Shown piece after piece: positions 29,921-39,656 of a DNA stretch of 64,000 nucleotides. A program made the position numbers and the translations under genes. The notes under the pieces are model-generated. The model worked only from the letters and a program-made list of their open reading frames with translations. It was not told the origin of the DNA and did not search any database. Each line of letters opens with the position of its first letter. Position 1 is the stretch's first letter. Origin of the DNA: a virus (lineage: Duplodnaviria; Caudoviricetes); IMG/VR virus record IMGVR_UViG_3300037467_003067, positions 128,001 through 192,000 of that record; one strand, 5' to 3'.

Positions 29921-30307
29921 ATGAACGAGCCCCAAAAATGGTATCGGGCGTACCCTCAAGGCACCAAGCAAGGCGACGAAGAGCAGAAGTTCTTTAAGGC
30001 AATCGCGCGGCATCCCAAGTTCGACTGGCGAAGCGTTGCCTCGCTCTCAGCCGAGACCGGTCTGCCCAAGAAGCGGATCGAGGAGATCATCGCGAAGTAT
30101 TTCAAGGTCGGTATGGTCTTCCAGAACCCCAAGAACGAGGATCAGTGGGGCTATTGGGAAAATCATAAGAATCTCCTTCCCAAAGCCGCCCTGAGTATCT
30201 CCGACAAGGATACGAAGAATCGCCTTGACAAAGTGATCGGCAAGTCAAGCACGGCGACTGCGACCCCGGTCAAAAAGAAAAAGAAAGTCGTTGCCAGTAA
30301 TCCCTAA
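29921..30307 (+). CDS. Hypothetical winged-helix-like basic protein
   Basis: RSVASLSAETGLPKKRIEEII; GGAG RBS; TTGCCT-N17-TACAGT upstream. Confidence 0.6.
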   Translation: MNEPQKWYRAYPQGTKQGDEEQKFFKAIARHPKFDWRSVASLSAETGLPKKRIEEIIAKYFKVGMVFQNPKNEDQWGYWENHKNLLPKAALSISDKDTKNRLDKVIGKSSTATATPVKKKKKVVASNP

Positions 30308-30311
30308 CAAA

Positions 30312-30356
30312 AATAGACCGGCACAGAACTTATCTCACATTCCGTGCCGGTCTATT
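30312..30356. terminator. Hairpin between convergent genes
   Basis: AATAGACCGGCAC...GTGCCGGTCTATT. Confidence 0.7.
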
Positions 30357-30378
30357 CCTATTGCTTGTCCAATCCTCA

Positions 30379-30642
30379 TTAAAGAGGGGTGTTTCCAGCG
30401 TCCTTCTTGACCTTGTCGCCATACTTCTTGGCATTATCGAGATCAAGCTTCCAGGTCGCCTTGCGTCCGGCAAAACCAGCCTCAGGCAACTGATTTCGTC
30501 CGTAGCCAATCGGCAATAGCGGGTTTAAAGCAGTGCGGCGTCCGTTCTCGGATTGCTGTGCCCCGGTATTGGGATCGATGTCTACTAAAACCGAAGCCAG
30601 ATCGTACTGCTTCTCTTCAGCCCATTGTGTAAAAGTCTTCAT
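30379..30642 (-). CDS. Putative internal head protein (MKTFTQWAEE)
   Basis: Targeting-like N-terminus; ACTATATA upstream on the minus strand. Confidence 0.65.
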   Translation of the reverse strand: MKTFTQWAEEKQYDLASVLVDIDPNTGAQQSENGRRTALNPLLPIGYGRNQLPEAGFAGRKATWKLDLDNAKKYGDKVKKDAGNTPL

Positions 30643-30763
30643 AATTTTACTCTTCCCCTTTATTCGATGCTTAATAGCACAATATTAAAACCGGAACTGT
30701 CTTGAGATTATATAGTTTTGTGCAATCAATTCTTATCAATTTTCCCAAGATAGGGACCAACCA

Positions 30764-31444
30764 ATGCCCGTGAAAGTTCAGCAAGTCAAAGTGTCGGCTG
30801 TCCATAACGACCTCCAAGATGCTTTCAATGACCGATCTTTGGTCATTTGTTCTTTTTGCGGCAAAAGTACGACGATGTCCAGTATATCTAGGGGTCTATG
30901 TGAGAAATTGTCCAAGCCAGACGAGCTTTTTTGTCGGTTCTGCCTGAGGAATAACCTGACCAGCAGGAACAACAAACACACCCTGATCCTCTCGTTCCGC
31001 AGCATCTTGGGCTATTACTACTACGCCTACTATAAGCCCAAGAGACGGCAAATGTACTTCTGCGAGATCAAGGATTTCATCCGGGTTCATCGAGCCGCTG
31101 GTTTGTCCAATCCCGTGTTCAACTACGACCCCGAATCTTTCCTTTGGTTCATCGATTTTGAGAAGGTGGGAACTATGGGAAGAAAGATCCCCATCGAAGA
31201 GGTCCATAAAACAATTGCGAACATCCTCTCTTGTTTCAATCTTTACGAAACCGTCCCCGGATTCCAGATGTACAAGTTCTTTGACAAGTACAAGGAAGCC
31301 ATTGACGTTTTTTATTCCCAGAGATCAAGACCGGAAGGTCACAAAATTCTCTGCCCCACCTTCAAGGCATGCGGCGTCTTCGAGACCAAAGATTTGCCGT
31401 TCGAGAAGACACGAGAATTCACGCCCAAGGATATGGTCGACTAA
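30764..31444 (+). CDS. Hypothetical protein with CxxC pairs
   Basis: CSFC...CRFC; ends at a terminator. Confidence 0.7.
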   Translation: MPVKVQQVKVSAVHNDLQDAFNDRSLVICSFCGKSTTMSSISRGLCEKLSKPDELFCRFCLRNNLTSRNNKHTLILSFRSILGYYYYAYYKPKRRQMYFCEIKDFIRVHRAAGLSNPVFNYDPESFLWFIDFEKVGTMGRKIPIEEVHKTIANILSCFNLYETVPGFQMYKFFDKYKEAIDVFYSQRSRPEGHKILCPTFKACGVFETKDLPFEKTREFTPKDMVD

Positions 31445-31474
31445 AAAAGCCCCGGTTTTAAAGCCGGGGCTTTT
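31443..31474. terminator. Bidirectional terminator
   Basis: AAAAAAGCCCCGG-TTTTAAAG-CCGGGGCTTTT. Confidence 0.85.
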
Positions 31475-31477
31475 CGT

Positions 31478-31717
31478 TTATGCCGATTGAAACAACCGAC
31501 TAGGCATGGGCAAGGGAATCTGTGATCTTTCATAGATCATTCGCTTCCAAGTGAATTGGACACAGCCAGAAATTTGGCAGCCACCACCGTGGCAATCCAA
31601 GACCATTTCTCTCCCATCTCGCATTTCAACGAGATGATCGTGATCAGATCGCAACAACCCACAGTGACAGAGCTCATCGATCACTTGGAGGCGGGAAGAA
31701 GCATTTGATGGCATCAA
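31478..31717 (-). CDS. Small Cys/His-rich protein
   Basis: GGAG RBS; CHCG..H..H..CH...C...C. Confidence 0.5.
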   Translation of the reverse strand: MMPSNASSRLQVIDELCHCGLLRSDHDHLVEMRDGREMVLDCHGGGCQISGCVQFTWKRMIYERSQIPLPMPSRLFQSA

Positions 31718-31835
31718 TCTGGACTCCTAAAGCAAGTTGCATGATTTTCCTCCTCAAGGTCGGCGAGTCCTGTGGGGCGTCGTCGTCCCCACAGGACTCA
31801 TCATAACAAAGTCCTTCCGCGTTTACTACGTAAAA

Positions 31836-32594
31836 TCAGCGAAGAGAATGAGCCGTCCAAAAATCACCCGCCAAGTTGCCATCGGTGAGGTAGGCGTAAG
31901 GCATGTAGCAATAGCCACCAAGTCCCCAATTCGCTCCCCACGAATTCCTTACCAGAAACGCCTGCTTGCTGTCATCGTATCCCACCGCACACATCGCATG
32001 CCCGCCCAATACACCCTCATGCTGTTTCGGCATCGGCACCATCCCACTCACGCTCACGTCGTAACTCTCAAATGAATCGTAAGCCGTAAAGCCGAACACG
32101 AAGGGATAGCCTTCAACCAAGCAAGACTTCAATTCGTACAGATTGGTATTGTCCAGCAACAAGGGATCGGAAATCCGACAATTTAGACCATCCGCGTAAA
32201 CTCGGAGATTGGGCTTCACCTTGTATTTGACGATGTTGTACCACCAGACCGCCTCATTAGGCGACCCAAGGTTAGTCGCAACATTCATTGTATCAGTCAA
32301 AGAGGCCCCGGAATCTTCCGAGACCAAATTTTCCAAGACCCTAGAATTGTAATAAACAAATAACCTAGATGGCGTAAAAACCTTGCGATTGGCTTTCTTT
32401 TGGAGTACCTGGACTAATCCTCCAAGAGCATTTGCCGTACATGCCCCCAAATCACCTTGGTCATAAACCGCAGGACAGAAATTTCTAAGGTCAACGACCG
32501 AAGGCAAAATAGATGCACTACGAATCGATGAATATCGTAAACAAAAAGGGTCTGGTTTTCCAGGATACCAACCATATTTTCGACTAATCTTCAT
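31836..32594 (-). CDS. Papain-like C1A cysteine protease
   Basis: DQGDLGACTANA, GGHAM, RNSWG. Confidence 0.92.
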   Translation of the reverse strand: MKISRKYGWYPGKPDPFCLRYSSIRSASILPSVVDLRNFCPAVYDQGDLGACTANALGGLVQVLQKKANRKVFTPSRLFVYYNSRVLENLVSEDSGASLTDTMNVATNLGSPNEAVWWYNIVKYKVKPNLRVYADGLNCRISDPLLLDNTNLYELKSCLVEGYPFVFGFTAYDSFESYDVSVSGMVPMPKQHEGVLGGHAMCAVGYDDSKQAFLVRNSWGANWGLGGYCYMPYAYLTDGNLAGDFWTAHSLR

Positions 32595-32605
32595 TCAACC
32601 TCCTT

Positions 32606-33103
32606 TTATCTAATCTTTGGTCCTCGCTTCATCGGAACCGGTTTCATCTTATCAATATGTCGATCTGGGAGATTCTTGACTTCATTCATTAACGTGCGAA
32701 TCTCTTTAACAATCTCGCTCGCCTCCGTCCCTTTCGCCTGATGGCTGGACTGGATCGCTACCGTCTTGCGGTCCTTGTTGAAGAAGCCCTTGGACAGCAC
32801 GAAACAATGCTTGCCCGAATGCCATGAGACCACACCGATCCACTCGCCATCATCCCAATTGCGAGTCGATATCAAAATCCTGAAAGGTCTCTGCTCGTAA
32901 ACGTGTCTGATGTGAAAGCCAAGGTTCTTCATCGCTGCCGAGACGAAACCAAGGCATATCTTGGCGAAATTATCCAAGACCTCCTCTGTCGAGGTGCGAT
33001 AATTGACCTCAACGCTGTACCGCCCCGCTGACGACACCTCGTTGAGGTTCTTCATGCCCTCGGAAGCCTTGTTCTCTTCACGATATTCTGAAAAGTTTTT
33101 CAT
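32606..33103 (-). CDS. Putative internal head protein (MKNFSEYREE)
   Basis: Targeting-like N-terminus; follows the neck gene. Confidence 0.65.
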   Translation of the reverse strand: MKNFSEYREENKASEGMKNLNEVSSAGRYSVEVNYRTSTEEVLDNFAKICLGFVSAAMKNLGFHIRHVYEQRPFRILISTRNWDDGEWIGVVSWHSGKHCFVLSKGFFNKDRKTVAIQSSHQAKGTEASEIVKEIRTLMNEVKNLPDRHIDKMKPVPMKRGPKIR

Positions 33104-33135
33104 ACTTGCCTTTTCTCAATAACCATTAAATAGCA

Positions 33136-34029
33136 TCAGTATAGGGTGATGGGAAGCAAATCGCCGTACCTATAGATCAAATCTTCTTGCCATTGCTTCA
33201 ATTCGTCGTTGCCTTCCTGGAGCAGAACCGTCCCGTCAAGCTGCATGCCGCTGTTCGCCGGACCGTAACTTCCCTGGTATTTCGACCTGATTCTGCCCAA
33301 CATGATCTTGGCATAAGCCAATGCCCCCGCCCTCATCGCCTGGGTCGACTTGTTCCAGTCCTTGCACTTCTGAAGATAATGAACCACGACAGCCTGTCCG
33401 CTGAACGGAGTCGGATACAATTTGATCGTGCCTTGGTCGCCGAGCCACTCCCAGCCACCGGTCTGGGACGAGATGTTGGCGAACATCTGCTCGTACTGCT
33501 TGTACAATACCCACTCGCCCATGTGACCCCAGATCGGCTGGAGTGGGTCAATCATGCCACCGCCTCCGACCGAGCCGTAACCACCACCAGGATAGAAGTA
33601 TTCCAGGGGCAATGCTCCATCCAGGTCCCTGGCACTGAAGGCGATTTGAGGAGTCTCCTTATAGAAGACATTGCGGACAATGCCCACATCGGGTGGCATC
33701 TTGTAGACGCTACGACCAGGGGTGGCATTGAAGACGTAATATTGGAAGTATTCCCTCGGTGCGTAATCCTCGAAAACATCCAATGCCAAATCAACAGCGT
33801 GATCGAGTTGCTGCTGGTCTAGCTCGATACGAACCGTCGGAGCGCCCAACATGAAAAGAATGTGGTCCTTAATTTGCTCCCGCGTCCTCTCACGGTTACG
33901 GCGAGGACCGATGTTGGACGGACAAGGGAACCCGCCGTCGGCTCCCCCGTTACATGATGAAGTCGGGCAATTCGCCTGTCCCTGGCTCGGGCGTCCCATG
34001 ATAAACGTATTGTTCCCACAATTCGCCAT
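33136..34029 (-). CDS. Neck protein, T4 gp13-like
   Basis: IKDHILFMLGAP.V.IELDQQQL; LGRIRSKY...MQLDG..L..EG. Confidence 0.8.
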   Translation of the reverse strand: MANCGNNTFIMGRPSQGQANCPTSSCNGGADGGFPCPSNIGPRRNRERTREQIKDHILFMLGAPTVRIELDQQQLDHAVDLALDVFEDYAPREYFQYYVFNATPGRSVYKMPPDVGIVRNVFYKETPQIAFSARDLDGALPLEYFYPGGGYGSVGGGGMIDPLQPIWGHMGEWVLYKQYEQMFANISSQTGGWEWLGDQGTIKLYPTPFSGQAVVVHYLQKCKDWNKSTQAMRAGALAYAKIMLGRIRSKYQGSYGPANSGMQLDGTVLLQEGNDELKQWQEDLIYRYGDLLPITLY

Positions 34030-34111
34030 AATTCCCCCCTTTAATTAACTGTCGCTACCTCATATATACCCTCTAGACTTGAAATAGCTATATCAGTTGG
34101 GATAGATCACA

Positions 34112-37100
34112 ATGATTAAGATTGAAGATTATATTATGGAACCGGACACCCTGGAAATCTACGGGGAATGTGCTGTGTATACTCCAACAGAGTTTCAGGA
34201 ATACATGAAATACCTTGAACTACTTGAGGAGATTTACTCAACTGCCGGGCGTCTATTGCCGGGCATCTACAACAAATTCGATGCTTTTTTCGGCTTGTCG
34301 GAAAATGACCAGCCCACGCAAGACGCACCTCAAGATGATCTGAATGCTGACTGGAATCCCCAAGGTACTATCAAGAAGTACCAGATGCAGCCGATCAGCC
34401 GCGAGAACATCCTCTTCAGCCGAAGGCTAATCAAGTCGCTCAACCAGGTTCCATTCGAAGCAATGCCCGGCTTGCTAGGAAGGACCCTGATGAGTAGCGA
34501 CCCGGTGGCACAGCGATATATCGGCGACGGGTTCCAGGGTGCCCTGAGGTATCGCAAGAAAACCGGCAATCAACTGAGCAATTATGCCGTGGAAATGCGA
34601 TTCCTCAAACGAGGAAAACCGAGACCAAATATTATCGACCCAAAAACGATGACGACGATCCCACTGCTTCAGGCAATCGTGGCTCCTAGTCGCGTAGAAG
34701 CGATTAAAAAATCAAATGGTGGCGATGTTGTCATGTATGACAGTAAAACCATTTCCAAAGTCATGCCGACACCTAACCCGCATCCGGGATACCTCTACGA
34801 CGGCAAGGACGACCAAGGCAATACCCTCTTCAATGGCAAGGGCGGCACTCGTCCCGAATTGCAAGGATACTCACAAGGTGTTTTCTTGCCCTATAGAGAC
34901 CTTGCCAGTCAAATTGAAACCCCGGTTGGAGCGCCACGTGGTTATTGGACCGACCCCGAGACAGGCAAAAAGTATCCTTTAAGGAAGCAAGGAACCGTAG
35001 GCACGAGCCTGGAACCACCCGAACCGAATGACCCGGATTCATATCTCGGCAAAGTTCCCGCTGCCCTCGGCTACAAGCCCATGGCTACCGTTGCTGGAAG
35101 CCGCAAACAACACGCTGATGCCGACGAGGAGCCATTGGAGCCGGGAGAAGGCGAACAAGGTCTTTACTACGACAGAAACAAAAGAACCGGAGGCGCTGGG
35201 ACATTTGATAAGGCATTCAGAAGAACCATCCAATATCACGGAGAAACTCCCGGATCTTTTAATCAAAGAACATTCCGATATCTGCTTCACAGGTTAAGAG
35301 GAGGCAGCACAACTACTGGTCTGGTGCCAGACAAGAATCCACGCCCACATATGACTCGCGCCCCCAACGCCGACGAGCAAGGCAACGCACGTAAACGAGC
35401 CAAGAGACAATTGGTCCCCGGCGAAACCTCACGATACAGGACGGAGCCAGCGCATGTGGTCCAGGCATCGCCCGAAAGGACCAGTGCCTTGACTTCGTTC
35501 CTGGCGAAAGACCCGGATTACTATCAGAAGCAAATTGATTACTACAATTCCATCGGACGACAGGACATTGCACAGAAATTCCAGGCTGAATTGCAGAATT
35601 CCCAACAGGTCCCCATGGCAGTCGGTCGGATGCGACAGAACTTCGCTAATCCAGGATCTCAGCCTATCGGGGCTCAGTATGGCGATTTCGGCAAAGGACT
35701 GGAAAAAGTAGGAACCGGAGAATTCTACACCAGTGGTCGCAACAAGGGCAAGGAAATCCTTAAGGCAAAGCGAGAAAAAGGGATCGACAGCAAGGGCAAA
35801 GAGACTAGCTCCCAAGTAAAGCGAACCCACGAGATTCCTATGATCAGGAAGGTAATTTCCAACCTGTTCACTTTGGTTCCTGTTGCCGATGAACAAAACC
35901 CGATCACCATCTCGGCAGCATTGGCTCAAGAAATAAACGCCATCCAAGAAAAGTCCAAAGGAAAAGGAATCAAAAATGTGAAGCTTACCCAAGGTGACAA
36001 TAGCCCTTCCGATCAGGCTATTCGAGCCAATTACGGCAAGCAAAACAAGGATGAGGGGGGAGTAGTCCTCTACCTCGTCGGACAAGCTGCCAGTGGAGAA
36101 GGCGAAAATGCGAGGTATTTTGTTCATCCTAACGACAAGACCTACCGCAAGAAGCGATGTTATTTCGCCAAGCTCGACGAGAATGGTGAGGTCTTGTTCG
36201 CCTATACTAAGACCAAAAAAGATATAGAAGAAAAAGACCAGCCCATCCTTTCACCAGGCGTACTCAACCAACACATGGGCGGCGCGATTGCTGCTGCCTA
36301 TGGTGGCATCAATGCGGCTCCAGCGGGCGAAGAAACTAAAATGCCGCACCAGGACTATGACAAGCATATGACCGCTTTGTATGGTCCACCCGATGAAAAC
36401 GGCAACTACAATACGAACCAACCATTGAACACCAAAACCCCCACCGGCTTGAGTGTTTCTATCTACAACAACCTCGTCAGTGGTGTAGACCATTATCTGG
36501 AAAGCAAGATCGATAAAAAACTCACGCCAGACCTCTATCGTCGGATGAAAGGACGAAGGGATGATATCATACAAGCTGCGTACAAGTTAGCATTGTTGAA
36601 CCTGAATAACGGGCAAATGCTGGACACCAGGGCTGGAGACAAGTCGAACTTCAACCTGAGATATATGCAGCATCAATTCCCCCACCTTTACGCAACCATC
36701 AGGCAACTCGACAATGCCGTAAAGAAGGGGATGGTCCCAGCCAAGATTCTCCCGTCCATGATGACGCTCAAGGAATTCGGACGGTTCATGAAGAATCCCG
36801 ATGTTCAGGAATTCCTCAATGCCAGAGATGAAAATGGCAAGGGCAATATCAATGTTAAAATCAAAACCAGAAACATCATAAGACGAGATGGCAAGGAACG
36901 AGCTTACAGGAAAGCCTGGTCGCCCGAAGATATGCAGTACCAGACCGATGCTTCCGGTCATGTGCTTTCGCCCGATGAAATGCACGATCCGGATGTGATC
37001 CACAGGGGATATACGAAAAGCGCTGTTGGCTCGAAGCAGCTTGAAGACATGGTCAATAACGCCCGACGAATGTATATTCGATGGATGGGCAAGGACATGG

Positions 37101-38041
37101 TCCGCAAGGTCATGCAGTCCGAAGAGTTGGCTAAAAAGTCGAACAAACTCAATAGAGGTGGAGCCTATGCCGATGGTGTCGACCTCGGGATGGAAGCGGC
37201 AACCAAAGACCACAGATTGGCTGTTGCCGCTGCCGCTGCAAAGGAATCCGGAGTGGGATACAGTCGCTACCGTGGGAAAATGGCGCAACTCATCGAGCAA
37301 AAAAGAATCGCCGCTGCTATGATCAAGAGGGAGTATGATAAGGCTAAGGCAGAAAGCGAGATGAAGCCCAATAGCCAAGCTCTAGCAGCACTCGCCATTC
37401 GTATGGGTATGAAATTAGACGCCGCTCTGATCGATTTCCAAGCGTACATCGACCTCAAGAAAGATGCCTTGGAAAACGTAAAAGTTGATCCGGAAACGGG
37501 GGAACCTTTGACCTTGGACAATCCCGATGCCTTGAACATGTACATTCTAAGGCACATGCCGTCCGAGGTCGCCGAAGTAGAACACCAGGTCGATATGGGA
37601 ATGCAATTGGATGCTGCGAAGAAGATCAAAAAGGTCCGTCCGCTCAGCCCCGACCAAATTAAAGAGGAAATCAAAAACCGTGTGGTGTCGAGCGGCGGAA
37701 ATCTTAAAGACCCCGAAGGCGAAGCCCTTGGGTATAATTTGATCGAGGGAGAACCCAGAGAAAGACAAGACGCCTACAGTGCCTTGGTCGCCCTTTCACG
37801 AGGACAAAAATACGACGACCATGGAGACCTTGTCGATATCGACAAGGATGAAGCATATGCCCTTGAAAGCGTTGCCGAATACCACGCTCTCGATACCCTG
37901 CAAACGGGAGAATATAATGACAAAACAATTGATCAAATTGTCAAACTTATCAATGCTTTGGACAGCCAAGGAATTATGCCCCATTTCGTACACGCAGCCA
38001 GAATGATCATAAGCGATCATAATCATGGAGGTGGCAAATGA
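34112..38041 (+). CDS. Very large hypothetical protein (1309 aa)
   Basis: Uninterrupted ORF, TATATA at 34063; no recognisable catalytic motif. Confidence 0.8.
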   Translation: MIKIEDYIMEPDTLEIYGECAVYTPTEFQEYMKYLELLEEIYSTAGRLLPGIYNKFDAFFGLSENDQPTQDAPQDDLNADWNPQGTIKKYQMQPISRENILFSRRLIKSLNQVPFEAMPGLLGRTLMSSDPVAQRYIGDGFQGALRYRKKTGNQLSNYAVEMRFLKRGKPRPNIIDPKTMTTIPLLQAIVAPSRVEAIKKSNGGDVVMYDSKTISKVMPTPNPHPGYLYDGKDDQGNTLFNGKGGTRPELQGYSQGVFLPYRDLASQIETPVGAPRGYWTDPETGKKYPLRKQGTVGTSLEPPEPNDPDSYLGKVPAALGYKPMATVAGSRKQHADADEEPLEPGEGEQGLYYDRNKRTGGAGTFDKAFRRTIQYHGETPGSFNQRTFRYLLHRLRGGSTTTGLVPDKNPRPHMTRAPNADEQGNARKRAKRQLVPGETSRYRTEPAHVVQASPERTSALTSFLAKDPDYYQKQIDYYNSIGRQDIAQKFQAELQNSQQVPMAVGRMRQNFANPGSQPIGAQYGDFGKGLEKVGTGEFYTSGRNKGKEILKAKREKGIDSKGKETSSQVKRTHEIPMIRKVISNLFTLVPVADEQNPITISAALAQEINAIQEKSKGKGIKNVKLTQGDNSPSDQAIRANYGKQNKDEGGVVLYLVGQAASGEGENARYFVHPNDKTYRKKRCYFAKLDENGEVLFAYTKTKKDIEEKDQPILSPGVLNQHMGGAIAAAYGGINAAPAGEETKMPHQDYDKHMTALYGPPDENGNYNTNQPLNTKTPTGLSVSIYNNLVSGVDHYLESKIDKKLTPDLYRRMKGRRDDIIQAAYKLALLNLNNGQMLDTRAGDKSNFNLRYMQHQFPHLYATIRQLDNAVKKGMVPAKILPSMMTLKEFGRFMKNPDVQEFLNARDENGKGNINVKIKTRNIIRRDGKERAYRKAWSPEDMQYQTDASGHVLSPDEMHDPDVIHRGYTKSAVGSKQLEDMVNNARRMYIRWMGKDMVRKVMQSEELAKKSNKLNRGGAYADGVDLGMEAATKDHRLAVAAAAAKESGVGYSRYRGKMAQLIEQKRIAAAMIKREYDKAKAESEMKPNSQALAALAIRMGMKLDAALIDFQAYIDLKKDALENVKVDPETGEPLTLDNPDALNMYILRHMPSEVAEVEHQVDMGMQLDAAKKIKKVRPLSPDQIKEEIKNRVVSSGGNLKDPEGEALGYNLIEGEPRERQDAYSALVALSRGQKYDDHGDLVDIDKDEAYALESVAEYHALDTLQTGEYNDKTIDQIVKLINALDSQGIMPHFVHAARMIISDHNHGGGK

Positions 38042-38190
38042 AAACATTCAGGCAATGGCTAAGTGAGATGGTCGGAACTGGTGCTATCTGGGACGGGACC
38101 AAGAGTCCCGATTTCCAGTGGTGGGGAGACCCGAGTTCCGCCATCAACCCCAAACCAAAGAAGAAAAAAAGAAAAGGCAAAAGTAAATGA
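38038..38190 (+). CDS. Unannotated 50-aa basic peptide with targeting-like N-terminus
   Basis: GGAGGT RBS; MKTFRQWLSE...KPKKKKRKGKSK*; ATGA overlaps at both ends. Confidence 0.8.
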   Translation: MKTFRQWLSEMVGTGAIWDGTKSPDFQWWGDPSSAINPKPKKKKRKGKSK

Positions 38191-38450
38191 ATCTCATGGA
38201 TAAAATGGTAAACCCCCGTGGGGCTGCCGCTAAAAAATGGCTCTCTGAACTCCTCAAAGACCGCTATCCAAATCATGACCAAATTGTCGAACGAATCAGC
38301 AACGTCATCGTAACCGACCAAGATATGCAGAACTTCGGCAAACTAGCCGTGGATCTCTACGAGGTCGGTTATATCAAATGCATGAATGATTACAAACGCA
38401 AACTCGATGAATTGGGCATCAAGGTCTCGATCGTCCCCGAGAAAAAATGA
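38187..38450 (+). CDS. Hypothetical protein, 87 aa
   Basis: Translationally coupled ORF. Confidence 0.7.
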   Translation: MNLMDKMVNPRGAAAKKWLSELLKDRYPNHDQIVERISNVIVTDQDMQNFGKLAVDLYEVGYIKCMNDYKRKLDELGIKVSIVPEKK

Positions 38451-38452
38451 CC

Positions 38453-39058
38453 TTAGAAACTAGGTTGTTCGTTGGAGGGAATGCACAATACCTTGAGACC
38501 GATGCCGGACGTTTCCGTGGCGTCGACCCGCCACCAGCGGGCATGTCCCGTCTGAGGATAGATGATCGAGCCGGGAGTGATCTTCTTGTTGGTCGTCCAC
38601 AACGCCAACACCAAATCAGTTCGATCCACTATGTTGGCGTCGAATTCAATTTTATTGCCGTAGCTGATAGTCCTGTGTTCCTCATCGTACAATTCGTCTC
38701 GATAGACCTTGATGGTTCCAGGCAGGCAATGAATCCTCGCCATTCTCTTGGTCGCCGGAACAGGGGCAGGAGTAGGCTCCGGGGGGTTCTCAGGGACCAG
38801 GACAGGTTCAGGGAGAGGGAGGACCGACTTGGGTTCCGAAATCACCATGGGTTGCTCGACAACGACCTTGGGAGCGGGCGTCGGCTCCGGGGGAGAAGGT
38901 AGAGGTGCAACTTGGTTTTTTGGGTCAGGAATAACGATATCTTTCCAGGAGAAATTATGGAAGACGATTTTGTTGATGTCCCATCGAACCTGGTCCTTCA
39001 TCAACGGATTTGGACCTCTTAACCTGTAGACCGTGCCGTCTTTATTCATAATAGGCAT
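38453..39058 (-). CDS. Head-closure/neck-like protein with Pro-rich linker
   Basis: N-terminus NKDGTVY similar to 40966 NPDGTPY; D.LY.E and G..W motifs. Confidence 0.5.
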   Translation of the reverse strand: MPIMNKDGTVYRLRGPNPLMKDQVRWDINKIVFHNFSWKDIVIPDPKNQVAPLPSPPEPTPAPKVVVEQPMVISEPKSVLPLPEPVLVPENPPEPTPAPVPATKRMARIHCLPGTIKVYRDELYDEEHRTISYGNKIEFDANIVDRTDLVLALWTTNKKITPGSIIYPQTGHARWWRVDATETSGIGLKVLCIPSNEQPSF

Positions 39059-39198
39059 GAAAGACACCAAGACAAAAAACTATTTCAAGCATATATATTA
39101 CATCTAACAATGATACTTTGTCCAGGGCAAGAACTTAAAACTCTGCGCATTTCTCGACTAATATAAATTGTACCCCCATTAATGGAGCAATATAAAAT

Positions 39199-39630
39199 AT
39201 GGCACTCACAGTTCCTCTCGTAAGCGGCGAGTTCTTGATGTTGCAGTACATCTTGGGCATGAAGTCGATCAACACCTCGATGACCGCTTCTTCTACCCAA
39301 GGTCCCGTCCTGCACCTCTACTCGAATGATGTCACAATTGACAACAGCACCGTGATCGCATCGCTGACCCAATGTACGTCTTCGGGCTATGCCCCAATCA
39401 CTTTGGTCTCAACCAACTGGACCACAACCCAGACCAACCCCGCTGGCATCACCACAGGTATCTATAGCCAGCAAACCTTCACATTTAACACCAACGCAAT
39501 CGCTTATGGATATTACGTGACCGATACCTTGAATAACCTGCTCTTTCTTGAAAGGTTCTCGGGCGCTCCATTCTCTCTGCCCGACGGCGGGGGCACGGTG
39601 GCAATCTCGCCCAAGATTACTTTAGCTTAA
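39199..39630 (+). CDS. Virion structural protein
   Basis: LHLYSND, GYAPITL, YGYYV; Thr-rich. Confidence 0.65.
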   Translation: MALTVPLVSGEFLMLQYILGMKSINTSMTASSTQGPVLHLYSNDVTIDNSTVIASLTQCTSSGYAPITLVSTNWTTTQTNPAGITTGIYSQQTFTFNTNAIAYGYYVTDTLNNLLFLERFSGAPFSLPDGGGTVAISPKITLA

Positions 39631-39656
39631 ATTTAATCACCATAAAACATAAGGAA

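Noticed and set aside
34112-38041. Virion RNA polymerase or tape-measure identity for the 1309-aa protein
   Set aside because: No DxDGD-type motif and no long Ala/Gly-rich helical repeat pattern were seen.
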